Below are positions 1 to 9,974 of a DNA stretch of 64,000 bases, one piece after another. Every line of letters starts with the position of its first letter. Within the stretch, counting starts at the first letter, position 1. Below the pieces are notes generated by a model. It ran no database searches, was not told where the DNA came from, and saw only the letters and a program-made list of their open reading frames with translations. Source of the DNA: an uncultured Candidatus Rokubacteria bacterium (GTDB lineage Bacteria; Methylomirabilota; Methylomirabilia; Rokubacteriales; CSP1-6). A program made the position numbers and the translations under genes. The stretch is from contig CAVWFS010000008.1 in the NCBI GenBank assembly GCA_963754315.1, positions 320,001 through 384,000 on the forward strand. The letters are read 5' to 3'.

Positions 1-887
1 AAGGCCCGTCCCGAGCGCAGCACCGCTTCCGCTTCGCCCACCTGGGCTTGCACGATCGCCCGGTCGCGCAGCAGCTCGGACGACGAGCGCGGGACCTTCA
101 CCTGGGCCAGCTCGACGAACTCGTCGATGGCGGCGCGGGCCACGCCGAGCCCCACGCAGCAGAAGCCGCAGCCGGCCAGGTCGAAGCCATGCATGCGGTT
201 CATCGGCCCCGTGACGCGCGCCCGCAGGTCCAGCGCCGAGAACGTGTGCTCGTCGGGCACGAACAGGTCATTGACCTCGATGTCGTGGCTGCCGGTGCCG
301 CGCATGCCGCTGACGTTCCAGGTGTCGATGATGCGCGCGTCGGACTTCGGACAGAAGTAGGCGATCCGTATTTCCTGGTCGCCATTGGGCCGCCGGCGGG
401 GGACGTCGCCGTCGAACACCTTGCAGGCGCCGTGGAGGAGGGAGGAGTGCATGCAGCCACTGGCAAAGAACCAGTGCCCGGTGACCCGGTAGCCGCCGGC
501 CACGGCGACGGCACGGCCGCGCGGGTTGGCGGAGCCGGCCGAGACGCCGATCGGGTCGCTGTGGAAGAGCTTCCTGCGCACGTCGGGCGCGAACTGGGCG
601 CTCTGCCGGAAGGTGTTGATTCCCATGGCCAGGCACCAGCCCGTCGATCCGTCGGCCCGCGCAACCTCCTCGATCACCTGAAGCGTCGTCACGATGTCGG
701 CGCCGAGACCGCCCTCGTCCTTCGACACTCCGACCTTGAACAGGCGAGCGTTGGCGATCTCCATCACGAGATCTCGCGGCAGCTGACGGGCAGCCTCGAT
801 CTCGGCCGCGCGTTCGCGGATCCGCGGGGCCAGGGCGCGGGCGATCTCGAGGGGCGCAGGTGCTTCGCGAACGGTGTCGGTGAGCAT
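1..887 (-). CDS. Acyl-CoA dehydrogenase-fold flavin-dependent monooxygenase (HsaA/IacA-like); 3' end runs off the window
   Basis: Not in the ORF track; manual translation from ATG 887: MLTDTVREAP...ARADGSTGWC...GYRVTGHWFFASGC...DTWNVSGMRGTGSHD, characteristic ACAD/group D hydroxylase motifs. Confidence 0.85.
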   Translation of the reverse strand, partial: MLTDTVREAPAPLEIARALAPRIRERAAEIEAARQLPRDLVMEIANARLFKVGVSKDEGGLGADIVTTLQVIEEVARADGSTGWCLAMGINTFRQSAQFAPDVRRKLFHSDPIGVSAGSANPRGRAVAVAGGYRVTGHWFFASGCMHSSLLHGACKVFDGDVPRRRPNGDQEIRIAYFCPKSDARIIDTWNVSGMRGTGSHDIEVNDLFVPDEHTFSALDLRARVTGPMNRMHGFDLAGCGFCCVGLGVARAAIDEFVELAQVKVPRSSSELLRDRAIVQAQVGEAEAVLRSGRA

Positions 888-900
888 GAGCTCGACCTCG

Positions 901-1488
901 TCAGGACTTGCGGAACGCCGACTCGAGCTGCCTGATCATGTCCTCCTCGGCGGTCGAGACGGCGCCGGCGCCGAGGAATCCCCCGCTCGCCTTGGCGACC
1001 CCCCGGGCGCGTTCCACGAGGCCCGACCGGAGCGCCGCCACCTGCTCGGGGTTCAGCTGCTCACAGATGCCCTGCACCATGTGGCGCCAGGCCGTCAGGA
1101 GCTTCGGCTCGGGCTTGTGCTCGAGCCAGCTGCTGAGGAGATCGTGATCGATGGAGCCTGGCGCGATGCCGGATTTCTGGGCGCGTTCGAGGATGGCCTG
1201 CTTCTCCTTCGCGTCGAGTTGACCATCAGCCCACGCGACCTCGGCGAGCGGAACGACCGAAAGGGCCCCCAGGACCTCCGGGCGGATGCCGAGGCCGAGC
1301 AGCGCGTCGAGGATGGCCTGGTTCGTGATGCCCGAAGCCTTGGCCAGGGCCTCGCGCGACGCCTCCCTCTGCTTCAGCTCGCGTAACCGCTGCATCAGCC
1401 GCTCGTCTTCCCGGCGAAAGAACTCGTCCTCGAGATTTCGTACTCGATCGCCCAGGATCTGCTTGCCGTCGCGTGGGGTATCGGACAT
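901..1488 (-). CDS. Hypothetical protein, TerB-like core with charged N-terminal helix
   Basis: 195 aa, SD AAGGAGG upstream; VAWADGQLDAKEK and VAKASGGFLG...VSTAEE resemble TerB-superfamily motifs. Confidence 0.65.
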   Translation of the reverse strand: MSDTPRDGKQILGDRVRNLEDEFFRREDERLMQRLRELKQREASREALAKASGITNQAILDALLGLGIRPEVLGALSVVPLAEVAWADGQLDAKEKQAILERAQKSGIAPGSIDHDLLSSWLEHKPEPKLLTAWRHMVQGICEQLNPEQVAALRSGLVERARGVAKASGGFLGAGAVSTAEEDMIRQLESAFRKS

Positions 1489-1584
1489 GGAAACCTCCTT
1501 GTGCTCGCTCGATGATAGCAGGCGTCTCGCTGCCTTGACACGTGGCGCGGCCAGTCGCTAGGCTGGTCATGGAGGGTGCTTGCC

Positions 1585-3208
1585 ATGATAACTCGCAGGT
1601 CCTCGATCGTTCTCGCCACCGCGGTGCTGACCTTGGCGCTCGGCGTCGCCGGTCCCACCAACTCCCATGAGGGCAACCCGAGCCTGGCTCGGCTCGGCAA
1701 GGTGAGCTTCCCCGTGTCGTGCAATCCCGCCGCCCAGAAGGAGTTCGAGGTAGCGATGGCCTACTACCACTCGTTCGCATGGCCCGAGCTCAAGGCGAGC
1801 CTCGAGCGAGTCCTCCAGGCAGACCCGACCTGCGGCATGGCCCACTGGGGTCGCGCGATCGGCTATCTCGACAACCCGTTCCTGTGGCCAGGCAGCATCT
1901 CACCCAAGGTGCTGGCGGACGGACAGGCGGCCATCGACGCGGCCCGCGCGGCCAATCTCAAGACTCAGCGCGAGCGCGACTACGTCGAGGCCCTCGCCGT
2001 GTATTTCAAGGACGCCGACAAGCTGAATCACCGCACGCGGGCCAAGGCCCTCGAGGACGCCATGCAAGGGGTGGCCACCCGCTACCCGGAGGACACCGAG
2101 GCCACCATCCTCTACGCGCTCGTCCTCTCGGCCAACTTCGACCCGACTGACAAGAAGTATACGAACCAGCTCCGGGCGGCCAAGATCCTCGAGCCCGTCT
2201 TCCAGCGGCAGCCCGATCACCCGGGAGTGGCCCACTACCTGATCCACAGCTACGACTATCCGCCCATCGCCGCCCAGGGGCTCGACGCTGCACAGCGTTA
2301 CGCCAAGATCGCCCCCGACGCCACCCACGCTCAGCACATGCCCTCCCACATCTTCACCCGGGTCGGGCAATGGAAGGAGTCGGTCGAGTCGAACCGCCAG
2401 TCAGCCAAGATCGACGGCGACAAGACCTTGAACAGCCCACATGCTTACGACTACATGGTCTACGCGCTTCTTCAGCTCGGCCAGGACCGCGCGGCAGCCC
2501 AGGTCAACACTCACGCCCAGGGCGTGACGCCCAAGGCCGACCACGTGGCCGCCGCCTACGCATATGCGGCGATGCCGGCCCGGCTTGCCATGGAGCGCGG
2601 AGCCTGGCAGGAAGCGGCCAAGCTACCGTTGACGCCGGCGGCCGAGGCGTATCAATGGAAGAAATACCCGCAGTCGGAAGCCGTCAATGCCTTCGCCCGC
2701 GGGGTGGGAGCGGCCATGAGCGGCGATGCAGCCTCGGCCCGGGCTGAGATGGCGCGCCTGCAGGCGCTGCGCGACACGGCGACGAGCATGAAGATCACCT
2801 ACTGGGCGGAGCAGGTGGATATTCAGGCCGAGGTAGTGCGCGGTCTCGCGGCGTGTGCCGATGGAAAGACCGACGAGTGCCTCGCGATCCTCCGGGCCGC
2901 CGCCGAGCGCGAGGACGCCACCGAGAAGCACGTGGTCACGCCCGGTCCGATCCTGCCTGCGCGCGAAGTGCTCGCAGGTGTGCTGCTGAAGCAGGGGAAG
3001 GCTGCCGACGCGCTACGCGAGTTCGAGATGGTGCTGGTCAAGAGAGCCGAACCGTTATCGCGCCCTGGCTGGCGCGCTGCAAGCGGCCGAGCGTACGGGC
3101 GACACGAAGAAGACCGCGCTCTTCGCCGGGCGGATCGTCGACCAGACGGCGGCTGCCGATAGCCCGAGACCGGAGATCGCGCAGGCCCGCCGCGTGGTCG
3201 GCAAGTAG
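1585..3208 (+). CDS. Secreted TPR-like helical-repeat protein of unknown function (frameshift near 3043)
   Basis: Signal peptide, LGKVSFPVSC, HPGVAHYLIH, HAQHMPSHIF; removing one base at ~3043 restores EPNRYRALAGA...VVGK* ending 3208; TTGACA at 1535 and GGAGG upstream. Confidence 0.75.
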
Positions 3209-3231
3209 GCGACGCCGGCGCAGACGCTCTC

Positions 3232-3741
3232 ATGGTGCGCGTGTGGGTCGCCGCGGCCTTCTTGGCCGTCGCCGTTGGCGGGGGCGGGGCTCCCGCGCGT
3301 GGGGTCGAGAGCGATCCACTACCCGTGCCAAAGGGCGGCGCCCGCATGCGCGCGGTGGCCGCGTACAACGATGGTGTGAAGCTGATGGTGGAGAAGCGTT
3401 ACGCGGCCGCCCAGCTGAAGTTCGAGGAGGCGCTCGCGGCGGACGAACGACTCGCCGAGGCCCACAACAACCTCGCCTTCAGCTTGCGCATGCAGAGCCC
3501 GGCGAATGCGCAGCGCGCGTTGAAGCACTACGCGCGAGCGATCGCGCTCAAGCCTGATCTGGCCCGAGCCTACATGTATCGCGGGGTGCTCTACACCCAG
3601 CTGGGGAATCTGGAGGGAGCCCGCGCCGACCACGGGCGCTTGCTCGCCATCGACCCTGCCCTGGCCGCCAAGCTCGAGGCCGTGATCGCCGGCCGCGCGT
3701 CTGACGACGGCTCCGAGGGACTCGCGTCACAGTACGACTGA
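3232..3741 (+). CDS. Tetratricopeptide repeat protein, exported
   Basis: Signal peptide; TPR helices AEAHNNLAFSLR, ARAYMYRGVLYTQLG. Confidence 0.85.
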   Translation: MVRVWVAAAFLAVAVGGGGAPARGVESDPLPVPKGGARMRAVAAYNDGVKLMVEKRYAAAQLKFEEALAADERLAEAHNNLAFSLRMQSPANAQRALKHYARAIALKPDLARAYMYRGVLYTQLGNLEGARADHGRLLAIDPALAAKLEAVIAGRASDDGSEGLASQYD

Positions 3742-3766
3742 GGTCGACCGCGAGGAACGCTACCTC

Positions 3767-5377
3767 TCAGTATGCTCCCTGAATGGCGGCGGTGATCGCG
3801 GCCACGTCGTGGTCGGCGGCAAGGAAGTCGTCGAAACCACGGAAGGGCGCGCCGTTGAGGAAAATCGCGTAGACGAGCTGGCGTCCGCTCGCGGCGTCGA
3901 TGTAGCCGACTTGCGTCTTCGCGACGAGGATGCCCTGGAATTCTCCAGGGCCCATGGCCGCCCGCGACCCATCCTTCACCCGAACGCGGCCAGCGGCCGG
4001 CGTGCCGACCCCGTTCGCAGCCTGGGTACCGTCGACACCCAGGATCGCCATGCTGTCGCGGATAAACGCGCCCCAGGACTCCCTGGTAACGTTTCGGAGA
4101 AACACGGTCTGGTCAGCCGGGGTGGTGCGGCCACTGTCGACAGAGCCCGCTCCGTCGAAGACGATCGTGCCTGTTTTCGAGACCCCGAGGCGGGACATGA
4201 GCTCGAGCTGACGGCCGATTCCAGTGGCGCAGTCCTGACTCCCTGCTTTGGCAGCCACCAGGCAGACCATCAGATCCGCGCCACGATTGTAGCTGACCTT
4301 GAGGATGACCTTGATGAACTGGGCTAGCGGTACCGATACATACTCGGCGACCCGCTGGCTCATGGGATAGGACCGGCTTTCGGGGAGAAGCTTCGTGGGG
4401 TTAGGACCCGTTTCCGCCGCCGTCACCCTCACCCCGGCGCGCCTGAGGGCTTCGATGAATGCAGTGCGCGCGAACGCGGCGGGCTCCTGAATCTGCCAGA
4501 TGGCGAGGGTAGGGGGACTACCGGCCGCGATCTGACCGCGGACGCGGACGGTGCCCGGCCCTGGCGAATCAAGGGCGAGCGGTGAAGCCGCGCCGGCCAC
4601 GGTCATGACCTCCGACACGACTCTGACGGCCGCCGTCCTCGGCCGCCATTCGACCGCGGCCGTCTCGCCCGCCCCTTTCGGGGTCACCGTGATGTCGATC
4701 ACGTTCTCGTTGACCCAGATCGGCGCGATCACGCCGTCAGGCCAGCTTGTGTTGGTCGTGAAGAGCCGGTCGTCGATGGCGACGTTGCCCCGTACGACCC
4801 GGATGCCCGCCGCCCGTACTTGCTTCGCGAGTGAATCGAGACCTCGGAGCGGGTTGCTGTGCGCGACCAATGCGCCCCCGGGGAACCCGGTGTCCGCGTA
4901 GTTGTGATCGAGCTGCGGGAGATTGTTGAACCCGAGGGTGCCGTCTGGTTGATCGCGGAGGCCGAAATTGAAATCGCCCGAGGCGACGAGCACCAGGTTC
5001 CCTCGCAGAGTGCCTTCCGAGACACTTCCCAGCCGGTACACCGGCGTATGGAAACGGAAATCGGGTCCATATGCGTCGAGGGCGGCCGCTGTGCTGTACA
5101 CCTTCATGATCGAGCCCGGCACGAACGCCGTGTCAGACGCCTGCTCGATGAGCACCTCCCCTGACTGCAGGTCGGCGACACGGATACCCCAGCTACTGTG
5201 GCTGTAGGATGTTTTACCCTGAACGCCCGCGATCACTGCGCTCAGAGTCGGGGGCACCTGGCCCGTCACCGGAGCGGGCCATCCTGCGTGAGCGCTATTC
5301 CCGCCTCCCGCCTGGAGGGCGACCAGCACGGCGATCAGCCGAAGCGCTCGCGCGCCCCGAGTCCTCCCGGGACTCAT
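3767..5377 (-). CDS. dacB: D-alanyl-D-alanine carboxypeptidase/endopeptidase, peptidase S13 (PBP4/DacB family), KTG motif variant
   Basis: SxxK (GSIMK), SxN (SYN), DGAG, third motif reads KDG; N-terminal signal peptide. Confidence 0.85.
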   Translation of the reverse strand: MSPGRTRGARALRLIAVLVALQAGGGNSAHAGWPAPVTGQVPPTLSAVIAGVQGKTSYSHSSWGIRVADLQSGEVLIEQASDTAFVPGSIMKVYSTAAALDAYGPDFRFHTPVYRLGSVSEGTLRGNLVLVASGDFNFGLRDQPDGTLGFNNLPQLDHNYADTGFPGGALVAHSNPLRGLDSLAKQVRAAGIRVVRGNVAIDDRLFTTNTSWPDGVIAPIWVNENVIDITVTPKGAGETAAVEWRPRTAAVRVVSEVMTVAGAASPLALDSPGPGTVRVRGQIAAGSPPTLAIWQIQEPAAFARTAFIEALRRAGVRVTAAETGPNPTKLLPESRSYPMSQRVAEYVSVPLAQFIKVILKVSYNRGADLMVCLVAAKAGSQDCATGIGRQLELMSRLGVSKTGTIVFDGAGSVDSGRTTPADQTVFLRNVTRESWGAFIRDSMAILGVDGTQAANGVGTPAAGRVRVKDGSRAAMGPGEFQGILVAKTQVGYIDAASGRQLVYAIFLNGAPFRGFDDFLAADHDVAAITAAIQGAY

Positions 5378-5393
5378 GATCTGCCGTTAAATG

Positions 5394-6536
5394 TCACCCG
5401 CCGCGGACGGTCACGGGCAGGTACACGCGGGCCACGCGTGGCCCGACGGTGGGGGCGACGTGGTGCAGGCCGAGGCCGTGGCGAGCGGCGACCTCCGCGG
5501 CGGTGATTTCGGCATCGCCCTGGCGGCCGATGATCACGACCTCGTCGCCGACCTGAGCGTCCGGCACCTGGGTCAGGTCGACCCGCGTGTGCTCCAGCGA
5601 GGGGCCCCCGATGATGGGTGCCGCACGCCCGCGCACGAGCACCCGCCCGTCATGGAGCCACGCCAGACCGTCGGCTGAGCCCATGGGGATGACCCCCAGC
5701 CGCAGGGGCGCCGTGACGGGAAACGGCGCCAGCTCCGCGAAGCGCTCACGCGGGGCGATCTCCTTGAGCGCGATGACCCGCGAGGTGAGGGCGCGGAACG
5801 TCGGCCGCAGGGGAACCGGCGACGTCTCGCCGGGGAAGGTGATGCCATAGAGCATCCGTCCCGGGTCCACGGCATTCAGATATGTCTGCGGGAACTTCAG
5901 GACGAAGGGCGAGGCAGCAAGCAACCGGATCGGCACTGGTACACCCCGCGATTCCAGCTCATCAACGACCGCCGTGAACCGGCCGAGCTGCCACAAGGCG
6001 TAGGCAGGATCGGCGTGGTCGGGCGCGTGGGGATGGGCGCAGAGTCCGGCCAGCCGAAGGTGTGGAAGCTCCAGCATGGCCGCGATGATCTTCACGGCTT
6101 GCTCGGCGGGCACGCCCAGCCGCTCGAGCCCAACGTCGACCTTGACGAAGATGTCGCATGGTCCACCGGCCGCCTCCGCGTAGGCTCGGGCGCTTTCGAG
6201 GTCCACGAGGGTCGGGATGAGGCCGTGAGCGATGGTTTCCGGCGCCGCCTCCGGGAGCGAGTTGGGATAGACCAGAATCGGGGCTGTGATCCCGCGCTGG
6301 CGCAGGCGAAGACCCTCGGCCAGATCGGCGACGGCCAGCGCATCGGCGCCGTGCGCGACGAAGACGGAACCAAGCTCGGCCGCCCCGTGGCCGTAGCCGT
6401 CGGCCTTGACCACGGCGAAGATCTTTCGCTCCGGCCCCACGAGCTGGCGGACGGCGCGGACGTTGGCGACGGCGGCATCGAGGTCGATCTGCATGGTCGT
6501 CGGGCGGGGCGGGTGCGACCTGGGCATGGCGGTCAT
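5394..6536 (-). CDS. alr: Alanine racemase-like PLP enzyme (fold type III), divergent active site
   Basis: IDLDA, AVVKADGYGHG (PLP lysine), KVDVGLERLG, PGRMLYG; start 6536 chosen from GAGGAG SD. Confidence 0.8.
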   Translation of the reverse strand: MTAMPRSHPPRPTTMQIDLDAAVANVRAVRQLVGPERKIFAVVKADGYGHGAAELGSVFVAHGADALAVADLAEGLRLRQRGITAPILVYPNSLPEAAPETIAHGLIPTLVDLESARAYAEAAGGPCDIFVKVDVGLERLGVPAEQAVKIIAAMLELPHLRLAGLCAHPHAPDHADPAYALWQLGRFTAVVDELESRGVPVPIRLLAASPFVLKFPQTYLNAVDPGRMLYGITFPGETSPVPLRPTFRALTSRVIALKEIAPRERFAELAPFPVTAPLRLGVIPMGSADGLAWLHDGRVLVRGRAAPIIGGPSLEHTRVDLTQVPDAQVGDEVVIIGRQGDAEITAAEVAARHGLGLHHVAPTVGPRVARVYLPVTVRGG

Positions 6537-6628
6537 GGCTTCCACTCCTCGACGGGAGGATAGCCTGTGTCGGCCCTTCGTGTTAAGGTCGCCTGCGCCG
6601 GCACCGACATGCTTGCTCAAGGGCCACG

Positions 6629-7705
6629 ATGAAGGTCTCGTTCTTCGAGACCGCGCGCTACAGCTCGCCGCAGCCTCTGCCGCCCGAGTGGCCGGTGCCG
6701 TCGGGGGACTATGACCGTGAGGCGGGCGCGCAGGCCTACCAGAAGATGGTCGAGCGGCTCCAGTATGTCGAGCAGCTCGGCTTCGACTGGGTGAGTGTCT
6801 CCGAGCACCACTATTCTCCGCGCATCCTGACTCCCGCCCCCATCGTCTCGGCAGCGTTCATCGCGGCTCGGCTTCAGCGGATCAAGATCGCGCTGCTGGG
6901 CCCGATCGTCCCCCACAGCAATCCGGTGCGGGTGGCCGAGGAGCTGGCGATGCTCGACACCTTGGCCCAGGGGCGGCTCGTCGTGGGACTCCTGCGGGGC
7001 ACGACCAACGAGGCGATGAGCTATGACCTCAATCCGCAGGAGTCGCGGGAACGAACCGACGAGGGCATGGAGCTGATCCTCAAGGCGTGGACCGAACCGC
7101 AGCCATTCGGCTGGCAGGGGCGCCACTTCCAGTACAGGACTGTCTCCATCTGGCCACGCCCGCTGCAGGAGCCCCATCCGCCGACCTATGCGCTGGGAAC
7201 GAGCCGGGAAGCCTGCGAGTTCGCCGCGCGCCACCACCTCGGTTGCGGCGTGTCGTACGGATCGTTCGAGGTCATGGCCAAGGCCACCACCTACTATCGC
7301 GAGCAGTGCGACCGCCACGGCTGGCAGCCAACCCCTGAGCAGATCATTTATCGCGCGAACATGCTGGTAGGCGAGACCGATGATGAGGCGCAGGCCTTGC
7401 TGCGAAGGATGCCGGGCACGGCACCCTTTGCCATGCGGGCGGGAGTCCGCGACGCCATTTCCACGCTCGATTCCCGGAACATCGCCGGCGAATCGAGGGC
7501 GCCGAACGTGGGAGGTGTCCTGCCCACGACGTTCGTGGGAAGCCCCGACACCGTCGTCGAGCAGGTCAGACGCTGTCGTGAGGTCGTTGGCGCGGGGGTC
7601 CTCGATCTGTCCTTGTTTCCTCCAGGCTCCCGCGAGGTTGAGCCTCTCATGCACATGCTCGAGCTGTTCGGCACCAAAGTGCTGCCGCGCATTCGGGATA
7701 TCTGA
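6629..7705 (+). CDS. LLM class flavin-dependent oxidoreductase (luciferase-like)
   Basis: GFDWVSVSEHH, NPVRVAEELAMLD, WPRPLQEPHPP, VGSPDTV. Confidence 0.9.
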   Translation: MKVSFFETARYSSPQPLPPEWPVPSGDYDREAGAQAYQKMVERLQYVEQLGFDWVSVSEHHYSPRILTPAPIVSAAFIAARLQRIKIALLGPIVPHSNPVRVAEELAMLDTLAQGRLVVGLLRGTTNEAMSYDLNPQESRERTDEGMELILKAWTEPQPFGWQGRHFQYRTVSIWPRPLQEPHPPTYALGTSREACEFAARHHLGCGVSYGSFEVMAKATTYYREQCDRHGWQPTPEQIIYRANMLVGETDDEAQALLRRMPGTAPFAMRAGVRDAISTLDSRNIAGESRAPNVGGVLPTTFVGSPDTVVEQVRRCREVVGAGVLDLSLFPPGSREVEPLMHMLELFGTKVLPRIRDI

Positions 7706-7724
7706 GCGAGCAGGAGCCCTGGCC

Positions 7725-8510
7725 GTGGCGTTCAAGGAAGGCCATGTGGAGGCGGACGGTTTCCGGATCCGCTATGTGGAGGACGGCCACGGCCCTCCGC
7801 TGATGCACCTGCACGGCGCGGGCGGGTTACGCCTCACACCCGCGCACGATCTGCTGTCTCGCCGCTTCCGGGTTGTGGTCTTCGAGATGCCAGGGTTTGG
7901 CGAGTCGCCCGAGAACACCCGGACGGAGAACATGCCCGAGCTAGCCTCGACGATGGCCCAGGCCGTCACCAAGCTCGGTATCGAGACGTTCAATCTGATG
8001 GGAACATCGTTCGGGGGGACGACGGCACTGTGGCTGGCGCTCCAGGCACAGGGGCGCGTGCTCGCCTTGGTCCTCGAAGCCCCCGCCGCGATCCGCCCTC
8101 AAGGCTCAGCACCGCCCTCGGGTACCCCCGAGGAGATTGCACGCCGCCTGTACGCGCACCCCGAGCGGCTCCCGGTCATCCCGGTGCTCGACCCGGCCCT
8201 CCGAGCCAAGGCGCAGCGATTGGTGCAACGGCTGCGCGGCCCCGACCGTGACGGGGATCTCGAGGGGCGCCTCCAAGAGCTGACGACGCCGACCCTCGTC
8301 CTGTTCGGCACCCTCGATCAGGTCATCGCGCCGGCCATGGGACGTATCTACAAGGAGCTCATCCCAAACGGACACCTGGTGTTCGTGTACGACGCCGGGC
8401 ATGCCATCGCCACCGATCGACCGGAAGCGTTCACCGAGGTGGTGGTCGATTTCCTGGAACGTCACGAGGCGTTCGTCATCAGCCGCACCGAGACGTTGAT
8501 CCACCCCTAG
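7725..8510 (+). CDS. Alpha/beta fold hydrolase
   Basis: GTG start after AGGAG; HLHGAGG, nucleophile GTSFGG, C-terminal AGH. Confidence 0.85.
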   Translation: MAFKEGHVEADGFRIRYVEDGHGPPLMHLHGAGGLRLTPAHDLLSRRFRVVVFEMPGFGESPENTRTENMPELASTMAQAVTKLGIETFNLMGTSFGGTTALWLALQAQGRVLALVLEAPAAIRPQGSAPPSGTPEEIARRLYAHPERLPVIPVLDPALRAKAQRLVQRLRGPDRDGDLEGRLQELTTPTLVLFGTLDQVIAPAMGRIYKELIPNGHLVFVYDAGHAIATDRPEAFTEVVVDFLERHEAFVISRTETLIHP

Positions 8511-8516
8511 CGCGGG

Positions 8517-9440
8517 TCAGCGGCCGGGGGCGACCTCGTCCAGGAATTCGCGGAGGGAAACGAGCAAGTCGGCCGGATTGTCGCCCTGTACGGTGTGACC
8601 AGCTCCCTCGATCCTCACCCAGCGACCGCGCCGGAAGCGGCGAGCCAGCCGCTCGGCATCCTCGTCGTGGAACACGTCGCTCTGGGCCCCACGCACGACC
8701 AAGGTCGGGCACTCGACGGTGTCCACCGCCGACCAGAGCAGCTCGCGGCGACGCGCATGGGCCTCGGGATCGACCTTGCCACGGTGGCGCTGGTCGTACT
8801 TCCACATCCAGCGGCCGTCGGGCATCCGCCTCAGATTGTGCAGGAGGCTTCGCCGGAGCAGCTCGCGATTCCGGCGCGGGTTGAAGGCCATGGCGCGGTC
8901 CACGAACTGCTCGACCGAGTCGAGCGGGGTCGCCTCCGAGGTAAAGGCCGCGATCTTGCGGACCCCGTCAAACCGGATCTCGGGCCCGACGTCGACGAGG
9001 ACGAGCCCGGCCAGGCGCCCGCGGTGCTTGCCGGCCCACGCCAGCGCGTTGACACCGCCAAGCGACATGCCGACCAGCACGAAGCGCTCGAGCTTCAATG
9101 CCTCCAGGAAGGCGGCCACATCCCCCGTATGGCTCTCGATCGAATAATCCATCTCGGGCGACCATTCGCTCTCGCCGTGGCCGCGCTGGTCGAGGGCCAG
9201 ACAATGCCGCTCCGGCCGAAGGGCCGCGCACACCAGATCCCAGGTGTGGGCGTTGAGACCGCCTCCATGCAGGAACACGACCGGGGGCAGGCCGGCGGTG
9301 CCCCAGTCGAGATAGTGAAAGCGCATTGCCCGGAGCAGGACGTGGTGCGGGCTCGGCAGCACGATTTCGGCAAGGCGCACGCCGGCGATGGCCGCCGACA
9401 GCTCGAGATGCGCACGGAACTCGTCAGCACTCAGGCTCAA
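8517..9440 (-). CDS. Alpha/beta fold hydrolase
   Basis: FLHGGG, DQRGHGES, GMSLGG, GAGH; TTG start at 9440 after GAGGAG (start inferred). Confidence 0.85.
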   Translation of the reverse strand: MSLSADEFRAHLELSAAIAGVRLAEIVLPSPHHVLLRAMRFHYLDWGTAGLPPVVFLHGGGLNAHTWDLVCAALRPERHCLALDQRGHGESEWSPEMDYSIESHTGDVAAFLEALKLERFVLVGMSLGGVNALAWAGKHRGRLAGLVLVDVGPEIRFDGVRKIAAFTSEATPLDSVEQFVDRAMAFNPRRNRELLRRSLLHNLRRMPDGRWMWKYDQRHRGKVDPEAHARRRELLWSAVDTVECPTLVVRGAQSDVFHDEDAERLARRFRRGRWVRIEGAGHTVQGDNPADLLVSLREFLDEVAPGR

Positions 9441-9533
9441 TGGGGACTCCTCGCTCCAGGGTGTCGGCCAAGGCGGCCGTCTTCCGAGTATAATCGCGAG
9501 CGCGGGCTGGCTGACGCGTGCAGGAGGGATCCC

Positions 9534-9959
9534 ATGACTCTGGAGACGGCGCAGGCGCGAGTTCGACCGGTGACGGGAACGCACGTGGTCCGCGTGCAGC
9601 ATGAGGGTATCGCGACCGTGGACGCCGAGCGGTCGAAGGATTTCTACTGCCGCGTCCTGGGGTTTCAGGTGCTGCCCCGTCCCGCCTTCGGTACTGGGGG
9701 CTACTGGCTCGGCACACCAGGCATCTTTCCGCAGATCCACATCATCCAGTCTGACGTGGTGCCGCCGGGACCCGACGCCTCCATCAATCCCCGGAGCCGC
9801 CACACCTGCTTCGAGGTGGCCGACTACGATTCGATGAAGGCCACCTTGGAGCGCGAGGGTGTCGCCTACGTCGAGAACACGGTACCGGGCGCGGGGCTAC
9901 AGATGCTCTGCAACGATCCTGACGGCAACACCCTGGAGTTCCAGCAGGCGAAAGGCTGA
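9534..9959 (+). CDS. VOC/glyoxalase family protein
   Basis: H..I, FYCRVLGF, HTCFEV, DPDGNTLE; TATAAT at 9489 and GGAGGG SD. Confidence 0.85.
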   Translation: MTLETAQARVRPVTGTHVVRVQHEGIATVDAERSKDFYCRVLGFQVLPRPAFGTGGYWLGTPGIFPQIHIIQSDVVPPGPDASINPRSRHTCFEVADYDSMKATLEREGVAYVENTVPGAGLQMLCNDPDGNTLEFQQAKG

Positions 9960-9974
9960 CCGCGGCCGCCCTCT

